64,000 nt of DNA. It comes from Callorhinchus milii. Taxonomy: Eukaryota. Below the pieces are notes generated by a model. It ran no database searches and was not told the DNA's origin. It worked only from the letters and a program-made list of their open reading frames with translations. Made by a program: the position numbers and the translations under genes. The stretch is taken from NCBI RefSeq assembly GCF_018977255.1, contig NW_024704742.1, forward strand, positions 55,492,001 to 55,556,000, given 5' to 3'. Numbering within the stretch: position 1 is the stretch's first letter; every line of letters begins with the position of its first letter. Shown here piece by piece: positions 24,807 to 38,219 of the stretch.

Positions 24807-25239
24807 GTAATTTTGGGCATTGTATTGATAAAGAAACTTAATCTCTGCGCAGATTGGAATTTCCAGAGCATAACTTGAGGTTGTGCCAGACCTTTTCATA
24901 AACAGGCAACAATACATACAGCCTATGAATGAAGAATGATTGCATTATAATTTAAAGGTTGTTAGATATGCGTGGCAAAAGGACCAATGCAGCCTCTTGT
25001 ATAATACATGCAGTAAAGATTAAGTCTGAAAGAAATCCTGGCACCAGTCTGCCAATGTTTTATTCATAATGGAATGATGAACTTTTGATGTCCTTGAGAT
25101 AGATGAGGTGAAGGTATGTTTAACTAACCTTGGTGGAATTACTGTGCTTGTGGGAATGTTTTATGAGTTTAGTGTCCTTTGAAGATCAGTTATTTTACAG
25201 TTGAAAGTGCTGTGAATTATTGCTGTTATGCTGTTATAT

Positions 25240-25607
25240 GGAGTCCTGTAGCTTCAGTGGTTTGAGCACTCACCTCACAAGCGAGAGGACCTGGGTTCCA
25301 TTCCCGGGCAGGGCAAAATGTTGGGCAAGTTTCCTTACACACCTCTGCTTACCTAGCAGTGAGTAGTGAGCTGTTAGTCGATTAGCAGATTGTTTTTCTG
25401 GGGGTAATAATCCCTTCAAAATAAATAAATAAGTAAATAATAATAATTTGTTCACTCAACCCAGAACTGTTTGTGGGACACTGCTGTGAGCAATTGACTG
25501 CCGCATTTCACCCCAAAAAATACAGTCAATTCACTTTACAGTATATTCTGTGAAGTGCTTTGAGATCTCTTGAAGACGTGATAAGGCACTATATCGAATA
25601 CAAGTAT
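25240..25607 (+). mobile_element. tRNA/Meta-like/Deu SINE, long form
   Basis: ggagtcctgtagcttcagtgg head, cctctgcttacctagcagt, Deu segment and tail. Confidence 0.88.
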
Positions 25608-26461
25608 TGTAAATTAATTACAGGTATTGTGCATTGCTTCCTAAATTGTGAATCAATGCCATTTAGATTTCTATGGTGGTTTTCATGTCAGGAGTACTTT
25701 TCATAGCACTTCACATAGCTGACTGGGCACACAACAACAATAACTTGGATTTATATAGCACTCTCTTCATGTGGGGTAGCGTCCTGGGGAGCTTGACAGT
25801 GCGGAGTCTGAGCCAGGAGAAGGTGGGAGGTGACCATAAGCATGATCGAAATGGAAGGTCTTTAGTGGGGATTTGAAGGTGGGGAGGGAGGGGAGAGAGA
25901 GGAGCGTAGAGGGTGGAGAGGAGGGAAGATAACCAAAAGTGCAGTTGAAAAGGTAGGGCTTTAGAAGTGGGGATTGCTGACATAGACACAATGAGCTGAA
26001 TGGCTTTATTCTGTGCTGTAAATCTCTATGGTTCTATGGGAGGGAGGGGGCTAGGTGGAAGGTAGAATTCTTATCAAATTTGAGGAGAGAAACTGATTAA
26101 GTAAGTCTATTAATAATGAGTTGCCATTTTTTGTGGGCTACATGTGCAATATTGGGGAACATTTAAAGAAGGATATGAGATGTCTCCTCTCTTATAAAAA
26201 ACATTCAATCACAAATCTGCTTCACCTTAGACTTGTTGAATGTAAAGATGAGCCAACTTTATGACTGTCATTTTACTTTTTACAAAGATAAGACTGAATT
26301 GATCAATTTGCTGAATGTTGGACCTGCTAAAATGAAATAGTTAATTTAGACCAGATAATTTTTTTAAAAAACAAGAACAGTTTTCTGATGTTGAGCTAAA
26401 TACAAAGGATGCAACATAATGTTTTATAAAGAAGTCTCCCATTAGAAGCATAAATCAAATA

Positions 26462-27124
26462 GCAGTATTTCTTCGCTTCGTAAAATAAAAGTTCAACATT
26501 TAAGTTCACCACTGAACACGCTTGAAGAAAACTCTTATGAATTTGGCATAGAATTCTGGGAGGAAGTACAGTATCAGTACTAAGATTGCCCACAAGGTTA
26601 GTCTCTGAGAGTATTGGTGCTACAGCTGTACTAGTACTTGAGGCTACTTCCAACAATAGCCTGATCTGAGCATCAGTACATCCAAAGGAAGACTCCTGGC
26701 GACATGCCTGAGGTGTGGAGGAGAGTAGTCGGTAACAAAGCACTATTGAACAAAACAGATTATTCAGGTATGTGGTGTAATTCACCACCTAACTGTTCTT
26801 AGCCAACAGGTGAACTGCGACATAAAGATGTATTGCCTCTATTTAGTTCCCATAACATCCAGTACATTTGCAGTGTACTCCCTATCCGACTCTATGTATG
26901 TAAGGTGAACTGGATGAGATTGAAGGGTTTAAGAACAATTCTAGAGATAGATGATCAACACTCTGGGGAATATGGATGTTTTTCCACTGCTGGGAACAGG
27001 CGAATGTCACCTCTGAAATGCAGTATTTCTTCACATAGTAAAATAAAAGTTTAATACTTAAATTCACCATTGAACGGATTTGCAGAAAACTGTTAAGAAT
27101 TTGGCGTAGAATTCTGGGAGGAAG
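26462..27124. repeat. Local gapless 105-bp direct duplication (26462-26566 and 27020-27124)
   Basis: gcagtatttcttc...gtaaaataaaagtt...tagaattctgggaggaag occurs twice, with about 16 mismatches by manual count. Confidence 0.85.
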
Positions 27125-29310
27125 AATCAGCACTGAACTACAAACATAGATGGCAATGTGTAACCAGAGCCCTGGAGTTTGATTTGATTGTCTTTGTGAG
27201 CCAGGAAGAAATCTCAATGAGTATTATCTTCTTGGAATTTTGATCATAATCGAGGAAACTACATAGTTTGTGGCACCTCTATAATATTGTACAAATCAAA
27301 GATACAGTAACCACCCTTGATAAAATGGACATGTGTATGGATTTAATTTCACGAACTACAAGGCACACCTGTGGGACTTCTTGTTGTCAACTTACCTATC
27401 AACGCTCACATATTGGGCTCTGACATAGAGAAAGGTAATTTGGTTGAAGTAGCACACAGCTGTCAGCACTTTGTGCACACATTACCAACAGGAGTCGTCA
27501 CCTTCAGGAGAGGAGAGAACATATAGCATTTCTTATCCCATTCTTTGTGCTTGTGAACATAACAAATAGATTAAGAAACACTGAGAATTGTACCGCTTTT
27601 TTGGTTACACTTTCATGAACTGTGGAGTAAAGAAGATATGCATGCATGGGTCAAATGCTTGTGTGCAGTACAAAGTATAACATTTTATTATGTACATCTC
27701 TACCAACACATGAAAAGCAGAACAAATTTCTTCTGAGACTATGTTCTCCATGTTAACTGGTCATTATGGTTTTGACAGACATAGCAAAACCCCAATGCCT
27801 CTTTCCATCTTGATAACTTAAAAAGGCATTCAATTTTCATTATGGAAGATTTTTAAAAAAAAGCAGATTGCTTTTAAATACAGATGGAAAGATCTGAGGG
27901 AGGTAAAAGAAATCAGATTTGCTTACACATATTTTCCTGTTCATTTGAGGCTAGATAATGTATACTCTATAATTCATGATGTAATATAAATAATGCATCA
28001 AGATGACTTTTTTATATGGAACACAAATTCTCTGAAAAAAATCTGCAGTTATATTTGACAATCGGGACGAGATGTTAAATTGGATTGAGACTTGTATTCT
28101 TTCCAGTGCCTTGGAACGTCCTCCCGACGTGAAAGGTGCTATACAAATGTCATCTTGTTGTTGTTGTTGCATGGCTCATCATTTTTACTTGTCTACAGGC
28201 AGTAGGGAAAGGATTCTAAGCAACATCACCCACACCAAACTCTGCAAGCCCAGTCCGTTTCAGGCTTTCTTATCTTCTAACGGATTGACTTCAAAGTTCT
28301 CTATCACCTTCATCTATAAATCCCTTCACAACTATCACCTCCCAATCTTTCTGATCTACTTTGACCCCATTTATATTGTGCCTTTCACATCGGGGGAAAT
28401 CCCAAGATGCTGGACAGGGAAGAGTTTGCACCCTTCACTAACACTCCCTTCTTCTCACTGTCAGTGGCCGGGCCTTCAGCTATTTCACCCCCAATGTCTA
28501 GAACACCCTCCCTCTACCCCTCCATCTCACTCTTTCTCCATCTGTCTTTAAGTCACATCTAGAAAAACTATTCTTGAACCCACTCCCTTGCTTAACATCT
28601 GACCCCCATCATTGTTAAGAACTCCAAGTCATTATCCTACATGAAGGGTGCTATATAACTTTCAGGTTGTTGTTGACATGACATATAAGAATTATGTGGT
28701 TATTTATAGGAATAGATATTGAGAAATGAATTTCTCAATTCTCAACACTCAACACATATTGAGTGTGTTCAAATCGGCAGGTAGTGTAAATGGTCCCAGT
28801 GAATTCAGTTTAAGAAACTAATTTGGTGTAATCAGACGTGCCTTACATATAGGATTTTTTATTTCTTTTATACAGAAAGTAGAAGTAGTAAGGGAACTAA
28901 CAAAAATGGGTGGCCTATATCGTGACATTATGATACATTTAATCCAAATGCAGACTCATAACTAATGGATGACATTTTTTTAAAATATCACAGTTCGTTC
29001 CTAGAAGCATCTGCAGCCAAACTTGTAAATATTTTACAAATCCTATACATGTGCAGAAGTGGCAATCAAAGCTGCAGACCCAGACCAAAAATAGCATATG
29101 AAATCAGAAAGCAGAAAAGATCCAGAATCAGTGCACTCAATATTAAAATACGTGCCATAAGAGGAGGGGACCAAGGACAGAGCCCTGAATATCAGTTACA
29201 ACATTGAGCAATCCCAGGTCATGTAGAGCATACAATAATGAGATTGTATACTGTTCTGTACTCTTTTTTGTTTTAGACAACTGTGGATTGAAAGCATGTT
29301 TTGTGCTGTA

Positions 29311-29630
29311 ATAATATTAATAATAATCCTTGCATTTTGATATAGTGCTTTTCTCGTCTTCTAGATGTCTCAAAGTGCTTCACAGAATATACTGTAAAGT
29401 GAATTGACTGTATATTTGTGGGTGAAATGTGGCAGCCAATTGCGCACAGCAGCGTCCCACAAATAGTCGTGGATTGAAACGACCAATTTTTTATTATGCT
29501 TTTTTTCTTGAGGGATTATTATCAGGCATGTGGAATAAGGAAACTTGCCCAAGGTTTCACCCAGCTGGAAATCGAACCCAGGTCTCTCGCTTGCAAAGCG
29601 AGTGTTCTAACCACTGAGCTACAGGACTCC
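29311..29630 (-). mobile_element. tRNA-derived Deu SINE, short body with older-type tail
   Basis: Head ggagtcctgtagctcagtgg and tail gagacatctagaagacgagaaaagcac on the - strand. Confidence 0.88.
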
Positions 29631-30444
29631 ATGATATGATATTCACAAACTGGTTAGTGAGATTTGTTTGAGACTTGCCTATTGGCAGATTGTGAATCTG
29701 GTGATTTACAATAATATGAATCTTGAAATTGAATATGGCAAACTGGAAATCTTGCCATATTCAATTGCAAGATTCATATCACTGTATTCAAATATTCATA
29801 TCAATATTTACCATATTTCTTTGGGATAAAGAAATCCCTTCATCCCTCCAGAAAACCCACTGAAACAGCCTCCCATCACAGCATCAAACCATTTTTTAAA
29901 TGAGTCCAGTTACCTGGCCTCAACTACCCTTCTTAGCAACCTATTCCAGTTGTTCATTTCCTTCTGGGTAAAGAAAACAATTCTGCTATCTGTCCTGAAA
30001 TTGCCCTTTGCAACTCTAAACTCTAAAAAGTTTACTTTTTCAATGCCATTTGAAATGTTATACACCTCTGAGATCTCCCTTGATTTAGTAACTGGAATCC
30101 AGTTTGCTAACATTGTATTGCTCTAAAAGCATTTCTTAACTTGTAAATTGTAAAGTAAATTATAAGCCATGCATTGCGCTCTAGTTTTTCCTTTTTTTAC
30201 CTTCCTTGGCTTGATCTGCATAGAAGGACGAAAATCCGTGCTGTCCTAGGCCCATAAAATTGATTTTTCGCAATCAAGAACTGTACCACCTGCTGCAGTT
30301 TCTCTATGTGATCCTTAAATGAGTTAAGGAAGACATTCATTTTTACAGTATATTCTGTGAAGCGCTTTGAGATGTCTCGAAGACATGATAAGGTGCTACA
30401 TCAAATGCAAGGATTATTATTATTATTATTATTAAGAAATACCC

Positions 30445-30965
30445 GGTTTCTACAAATGCTTTTTCTAAGTAATTCTTTGTAATGTACCCTCTTTTCTCAG
30501 TCAGTCCATTTGACTCTGGATAATGAGGACTGGATATATGTAGTATGTTTAAATTGGTAATGTTAAGTACATTCTTAAAACTGCCTTTGTGTGAATTGCA
30601 GCCCATTATCTGAAACAAACTCATCGGGTAAACCATGATGTGCACCCAGGCTTTAGTGACTTCTCACAGTCTCAAGAATGTTGCTCTAAAGCTGCATTAT
30701 TTCAAAGAAGTTGGAACTGTACTATCTACTAATAGCAGTGCAATGACATTTTTTTAAAACTCCAACAAGTCTGCTCCAAGGTCACTCATTTGATGTATCA
30801 TAAGTAGTTTTTTTTTCCTTTGGCAACTATGCTTATCGCATACCACACATTTTCCAATCATTGCTTCTATTTCTGCTTGCCGATCCGACCAAAGGATAAT
30901 TCATGGGCTGTACATGTGCCCTTTTTCAGTGCAGTGCTTGTAATGGCTCACATTTCATGCTGGTT
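30445..30965 (-). mobile_element. Degraded Gypsy/Ty3-type LTR-retrotransposon integrase
   Basis: Successive frameshifted peptides LWSDRQAEIEAMIGKCVVC (zinc-finger CxxC), LGADLLEF, LLLVD, SNFFEI, HHGLPDEFVSDNGLQF, SSPHYPESNGLTEK, matching the order of DDE integrase motifs. Confidence 0.85.
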
Positions 30966-32459
30966 AGTATTAACACTTTGCTCCTTTGTACAAGATCTCT
31001 ATAGCCCAATAATAATAATGATAGCCTGATAGGGTTCACCAAGCCTCAAATTCCAACTAGTCTTAGTCATTGAGACTATTTTGTTTTAAAAGCTGTGGAG
31101 TATTGTGGAAAATTCCAAAAATACATCTTAATTTGGAAGCAGGTTCTTTTAAGGACTGGAGAAAAACGATTTCCAAATTAATAGTGAATTTAATAATTTC
31201 CCACAATTTTGTAAACATTGTAAATGTTAAGGCAAAATATTCTTACTGATTAAATCTCTGCAGATTTTCAGGCTGCTAGATCTTGTGCAGACCAGCCTTG
31301 TAACACTGCAGTTCTTAAATCTGTTCAACTGAATATTTGAACATTTATGATGTTAGCTGTTTCAGTTTAAGCATAGACAACATCTGCATCAGGTTTACCT
31401 AAAATACAACCCCCTTCATGTTCTGAAGTTCCTTACTAAAGCTACTGAAATACTGCTTGAAGTGATATCAAATTGCTTCCAGCAGTGAAATGACTCAGAG
31501 TGGGAAACACAATTTATATTTTGTGCCCTGAAATTGTATTCACTGGTGGTTGCGTAAAACTCTGTGCTACTCAATGAAGTGTGTGTGCATAGCTTAATTT
31601 CAAATCATGTCTAATGATTTGTGATGAGTTTGAGGTTTGACCTACTATTGTCTGTGAATATATTCATGAAAGTGTTCATTGATATGCAATTCTGTTGTGT
31701 ATATGTAAGAAACAAGAGATATATGCAGCAGGATAGGCTTTGTGAAGGTAACACTATCGTCCCCAAACTACGAGAACTAACATCAACAGATAAGTTTGAT
31801 TACAATGTGCTCCAGTTGAGTATGTTTAAAGTGTGGGCCTACTGTAGACCAGCACTGTATAGGAAGCTCTGAACACGGTACAGGAAGCTCCAGGAGTCTA
31901 GATCTGACAAACCATGTCTTTTGTTAAAAATGACTGACATCTAGGTTGTCGAGTCGCTGCTGACGTCATTTCCTGTATGATGTATACATATGTGCTGTCC
32001 TTATAACATTGTTTCATGTGCATGATGTGGAAGTGACAACAGAGGTGAATGATAACCTGGAAGTCAACTATTTTTTTCATGATGTGACTCCAGAAATATT
32101 GGATCTAGATGTCTGAGGTACAATGGGGTTACCCTGTAGTTTGGTGCTTTATGTAACATCAACGCATTTCAATGGAGGTGCTTATGTACATCAGGGGAAT
32201 TGGACTAAACATATAGTTATTTAAGGCAGCTGTCATGATTCTGATGGGGAAAAATTGCATCTTTCTGTGCTCAAAAATTCCCCCACAAATTATATCCAAT
32301 GTATAATGTGGAGGTGGAAATGGGGAAAGTCAGATACAAGAAGAGCCAAAATGAGGTATTTGTATAACAATAGTTTTTATCAAATTGCACAAAACAGTGT
32401 TTCTTTGCAAGCAGAGGTCGGTGACTAGAGGGCATCAATAGTTAATAAGTGATCAAATG

Positions 32460-32890
32460 GGAAGGTTAAGATATGGAATGTCCAGCTGTAAGCGATGTTT
32501 GAGGCAGAATCCATATTGATTTTCAAGAGTGAGCTAGACAAATTCCTTAAAAGAGTTAGCTGCGGGAGTATAATAATAATCCCTCCAATACAAAACAATA
32601 ATGAATTGGTCATTTTCAATCCACGACTGTTTGTGGGACACTGCTGTGCGCAATTGGCTGCTGCGTTCGCCCACAAATATACAGTCAATTCACTTTACAG
32701 TATATTCTGTGAAGCGCTTTGAGACGTCTAGAAGACATGAAAAGCGCTATATCAAATGCAAGGATTATTATTATTATTATTATCAGGAAAGGGCAGGTAA
32801 ATGGGACTAAAAGGATTGCTCTTGAGGGAACCAGCTCAGATACGATGGACTGAATGGCCTTCTTCTGTCGTAGATTTCTCTAGCTCTAGG
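32460..32890 (+). mobile_element. CR1 3' end with a 5'-truncated SINE inserted at about 32570-32782
   Basis: IFKSELDKFLK, then the SINE, then atggactgaatggccttcttctg. Confidence 0.75.
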
Positions 32891-33937
32891 GACAGTAACC
32901 TCCATTTCTTTGTACGGGGAGTAATTAATAACTGGAATGGGTTACTAGGAATGATGATGGATGCTGGACTCATTTAAAAAAAACAGCTTGATACTCCAAT
33001 GGGTTGGTGGATGTTCTGTAACAATGAGATTAAATAGGCCAAAGGGCCTTCTTCATCTGCAGTGATCTTGTGAATTTTAATGACTATTCCTGTTATTGAT
33101 CCAGACTGTCAATTCATGCACCTGTTCAATTTTATATTTCTATATAGTCAAACTAATTTTGAACCCGTTTCTTCACCGTGCTTGATAGTTTAGGATGTGT
33201 ACACTGGCACTATTAGGTTGGCTGTTGGTTTTGTTCTTAACACTGGTTCATATAGTTTTTGTTCTGAGCTGTTTCTTGATTAAAAGTATTTTGAATTTAT
33301 CACAGAATGATGGTGAGTTTTTTGTGCATTTCACTTATTTTACTTGACAGACAACTATCGATAGTTGGTTCAGTGTTCAATCGGATTCACATAAAAAACA
33401 AGCCCTGCTTTGGTCACTTTGAGTTTCACAGACAGTAGGGTCTCGAATCAATCAGGCTCCCACATTCTCATGACTCAAGTTTGCTTCTTAAATCCATTTC
33501 GCAATGATTTATTGACTCTCCTGTCTGCTCATTTCTCACATTTAAAAACATACCTTTCTCAGGTTATATACTCACTGTGGACTTGACATTTACATTAATT
33601 TTACCCGTTATTACATTACTTTTTTTTGGCTGATATGAAGGATGTTCACTGTGTCACCACCCTGCTGGGTGGAGCAGTGTGCACTCTTTCACAGACTCTA
33701 ATTTTCAGTAATTCCATTTATTTAAAGATAAAACTGAAAATGCTGTAGCCATTTCTTCAGTTATTAAGTTGGTTTCCTTTGTGGCTCAGCAGCTGCAGGG
33801 GCTTCATTTGTTCCATCCTCTGTGTTTGATTATAAAGGTTTTACTTCTGACACCATATAATAATGAGGAAACTGCACATAGTGCAGTAAAAGGCTGGTGC
33901 TCCAGACATATTTGGACCGATACCAAATATGCGTGTT

Positions 33938-34350
33938 AGAACCATAGAAGCATGGAAATATACAGCACAGAAGGAGGCCATGCCTGTGTTGGCTCTCTGA
34001 AAGAGCTATCTGTTTTAGTGCATTCTTCTGCCTTTTACCTATGCCCCTTCATATTTTTCCTTTTCAGTTATTTATTTAATTCCATTGTAAAAGCTAATAT
34101 AGATTCCGCCTCAACTCTGGTAGGGGAATAACCTAACGACCATCTGTTTACAAAAATCACCTAAGCTCCCCCTTAGCTCTTTTGGTAATCACTCCAAAAG
34201 TGCCCTCTAGTCACTGACTCACCAGTCAGTGGAAATAATCTCTCTTTATTTCTTCTCAAAACCCCTCCTGGTTTTTAAAAATCTCTCGCAAGTTCTCCTC
34301 ACAACTTTTTCTGTTTCAGGGAAAACAGTTGCAGTTTCTCCAATCTTCCC
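33938..34350 (-). mobile_element. Degraded CR1 3' end
   Basis: catagaagcatggaaatatacagcacagaaggaggcca tail and ORF2-end-like sequence. Confidence 0.7.
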
Positions 34351-36659
34351 TCATGCAGTTTGTCAGTCTGAAAATAGCTGTTTGAATCTATGAAGACATG
34401 TTCAGTCTGAACTCTCTGCACCCTGCTGATGGAGCTCTTGAGACGAGCAATGAGTACTTTTTTTTAAAATGCAGTATTAATAAATTAGCAGGAACAACAA
34501 GTAGACGGATTAAATGAACAATCTATGTTAAAGAATAACTAAAACATTCAGACTGAACATGAACTCACAAACACAGTTGTGGCCAGATGGCGAGAGATGA
34601 ACCTGGTTAAACATCATGGAAAGTATTCCTGTTTTGTAATGATCATACTCTATTCTTCCAAAAAAATTCTAGTTTTGGGCAGGACGGCTAGTGATCACTC
34701 ATAGACCGATGATGTCATCAGGATGAAGCCAACTGAAAATCAGTGGACACAAAGATTAAGGAAAGAGAAAAAAATGGGGGGGGAAAGTGATAGAAGGAAG
34801 GGGGAGTGAAAAGAGAGACAGAGAGGAAAAGAGGAAAGGAGATGAGAGGGTGGAATCGAGACAGGTAAAGGGAGTGAGTAAGAAGGGAGGACAGGCTCAG
34901 GTATACACTGACCTGTTGTCAATGAAAGTGAAAGAATATCACTTCTGGTTTGTGGCTGAGAGAGAATTTTGAAAAAGTCTTTTTTAAAAAAAGCGCTTTA
35001 AAATGTACTTTACTGTGGTTTTACGAATAAAAAAGGGACCTGCTGATTTTGATACAATCTGGAAGTGGGTGTGTGGGATGGAAGGAGGAGAGTCACCATC
35101 ATCTGAGGTATGGACAAACAACAACAACACAATTACATTTGTAAAGCGCCTTTCACATCGGGAGGATGTCACAAAGGCAACATTTCAGACAACGTGATCA
35201 TACAGTATCGCCCCTTAGTGTAAATCCCTTAGTCTATTCTAAATCCTAATTTTTGCCAAGAGTGACAGTATGGCTAAAGGTTAGAGATCAGCACCAGAAA
35301 AATACAAACTCTGCACTTCTAGTTCTCAATCATGGAATCATAGAATTATACAGCACAGAAGGAGGCCATTTGGCCTATCGTGTCTGTACCGACTCTTTTA
35401 TCCAAATCAATCCCACACCCCATGCTCTCCCCATAGCGCTGCAAATTTGTCCTCCCCAAATAATTATCTAGTTAATTATCTGGAGAATCACTACTTCTCC
35501 AGAGTTGATATTTTCAGAAATAGTCAGGCTAGAAATATGATTTCTTTTCAGAATAGTTGGCTGTTTAGTTAATTTGCTAATGGCTCTCCGACAGAAATAC
35601 TGTACTTAGTGCACTGTCTCTTTAAATTAGGGAAATAAAAAAGTTTGTTCTGTGTTTGCATAAGATTCCTATTGGGAACTATTTAGTGTGACATGATTTC
35701 AGGGATATTACAGTGCACTGACTTACAGGCTCTGAGGGACTGTACAGGCTCAGTGGGACTGTCATCCCTTTACTCAGTACATGAACATTGTTCAGAGTAA
35801 AAGGGAAGCCTCATCTGCAGCATGAATGATTTATCACCTGGGAGAAACAGTTATGTGCGGAGCAGTCACAGCGTGGAGTAGCAATTACTGTTTTTGTTGT
35901 GAAAGAGCAGATCCGGCACAAAAGGCTTGTAAAGCTGATACTACATGAACTGGATTAGAGCACCTCAGCTTTGAAGATTTTCAGCCGTGTTACACTGAGA
36001 CCTGCGTGGAACTGGTTTATAGTAGAGGAGAGGAATGTTAGGAGGAGAGCTTGATGATGTGTGAAAGGCCTATGGGAATGTGGGCAAACTGACTGCTTGC
36101 AGGTCACCATTCCTGACCGCACTGATCTCGAGATCTCACTTGGGGGAAATGCTGCTGGGTGCATTGGGCAAGGCCTGACATTTATCCAAGATGAATGCTC
36201 TTTGGTAGTATTGATTATATTGCGGTTATAATTTTAATGTGTGTTGCGATAATTAACACCCATGTCTGTGCCCAAAAGCCAGCCATACGGCACACTGGAG
36301 TTTCAGCTCACAGAACATGACAGGACATAGTTAGCAAGATATTAGCTTCACTTTTGTTGTTTTGATGATCCAGTATGTTCCTAACCTGCAGTGAAATGAT
36401 TCACAAAGCAGATGTTCACTCCATGGCACAACAGACTCTGAGTGAAACTATTGTAAACAAAGTGGTGTTTTTTAGCACACTGGAAGAACATTTGGCCTAA
36501 CATTCCCAAGACAGCTTTCTTTAAGAGCTACCTGTCTAGTCACACACCTCTGGTTTTGTCCTTCCTGCCAACCAGTTGATATATTTTTGGATTATTCACT
36601 TTTTTCAGTAAATGTTATATTAAGCATTATTGAGCACCACTGGTATTATAGCAAGAACA

Positions 36660-37070
36660 ACTTACCCTCCATGCAGGTAGCGTCTCAGAGTGCTTAACAG
36701 TGACAGAGACTGACTCTGAGCCGGGTTGGGCCATAAGCATGGTCGAAGAGGAAGGTTTTCTGGTGGGACTTGAAAGAGGGGAGAGAGGGGACAAGGCAGA
36801 GGGATTGAGGGAGAATGTTCCAGATTTTTTGGGCGTAGTAGCTGAAAGCGGTTGGTGGGGCGGTTGGTATGAGGCACGAGCAAGAGTCCGGTGCCAATTG
36901 AGTGGAGGCGCTGGGTGATGGATTGGGGAATGAGGAGGTCGGAGAGGTAGGGAGGTGCCAGAGTGTGAAGAAATTTGAACACAATCTTGAGTACGTTCGG
37001 TGATGGGGAGCCAGTGGAGCCTTGCCAGAACTGGTGAGATATGGGTACGGAGTTTGGTCCAGGTCAGTAT
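36660..37070 (-). mobile_element. L2 3' fragment
   Basis: TKLRTHISPVLARLHWLPITER, LHTLAPPYLSDLL, SFKSHQKTFLFDHAY. Confidence 0.9.
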
Positions 37071-37879
37071 GCGGTTAATATTAATGAACACATCACATTT
37101 CATTGTTGTAACTCATTGGAATAAAATCCCGAGCAGTGCAAAACCCTAGGCAGGTTTCCTTACTCCACACATCTCTGTTTATGTTAGACAATTGGCAGAT
37201 CGCTTTTCTGGGGTTAATAACTCTTCAAAAATAAATAAAATAATAATAATAACTTGGTCACTCAATCCATGACCGTTTGTGAGCCACTGCTCTGCTCAAT
37301 TGGCTGCCGGTTTACGCCCATAAAATGTGCAATCAATTCACTTTACAGTATATTCTATGAAGAGCTTTCAGATGTCTCAATGACGTGGTAAGGTGCTGTA
37401 ATATCAAAAACAAGGATTAATATTGTTATTATTGTTAACCAATATTCTTACCACAACATTATTGCAACCCTGTAGGTTCTTCATGCTGCAGTTCTTATTT
37501 CTTTCCATGGTTGCTTATTTCTTTACCCATGTGAGCATGTTTTTCCAATTCACTGTCTATTGTTCCTCCAAACCTCTTCCATCTCTGTTCTGAGAGAGAC
37601 AGTTTGTTTTCCAAGAAAGAAAGCTAAGCATGCACTGCAAACTCCAATTGAATACTACCACTACAAAATCTATAGCTGCTCAGCTGGATTGCTGTTACAG
37701 TGCTTCTCATTTATATCCCGATATTGAATTAGACACAACTCACAAGGATAGAGCCAACTTTCAGCTGCTTTTACCTTTGCAGCCAGTTCCACAGTATTAT
37801 TGGTTTCTCTCCTTGGTAATAGATACTGATTCCTCTTTGGTCACATAGCTCTGATACAGTAAGGAGATTGTGAACACAT

Positions 37880-38200
37880 TCAGGCAAAGGAATGTTCACA
37901 CTGGAAAAGAGATTGAGTGGTGACATGATTACTGTCTTTAAGATTGTAAAGGGGTTAAACAATGTCGATCATGACAGGTTGTTTCAACTTGTCCAGAATA
38001 GTAAAACCAGAGGACACAGCTTGTGATTGAAGGGGGGGAAATTCAGAACGAATCTATGGAAACACTATTTCAGTGAGCAAATAGTAAACCTGTGGAACAG
38101 TAAACCTAGGGAAACAATTGAAACAGGAAATGTTGATTCCTTCAAACACAGATTAGGTCGATTTTTTTTTAGGAAATATCATCAGTATATCTTAGCTAAC
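37880..38200 (+). mobile_element. Degraded CR1 ORF2 C-terminal fragment
   Basis: LEKRLSGDMITVFKIVKG, KTRGHSL, KHYFSEQIVNLWNS, SFKHRLGRF. Confidence 0.8.
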
Positions 38201-38219
38201 AGATCATTATATCTCTGCT

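Noticed and set aside
33352..33367. 16-bp perfect palindrome; also short hairpins at 28718-28766 and a 15-bp inverted repeat at 34397/34547
   Set aside because: Short and isolated, with no second copy or context to support function.
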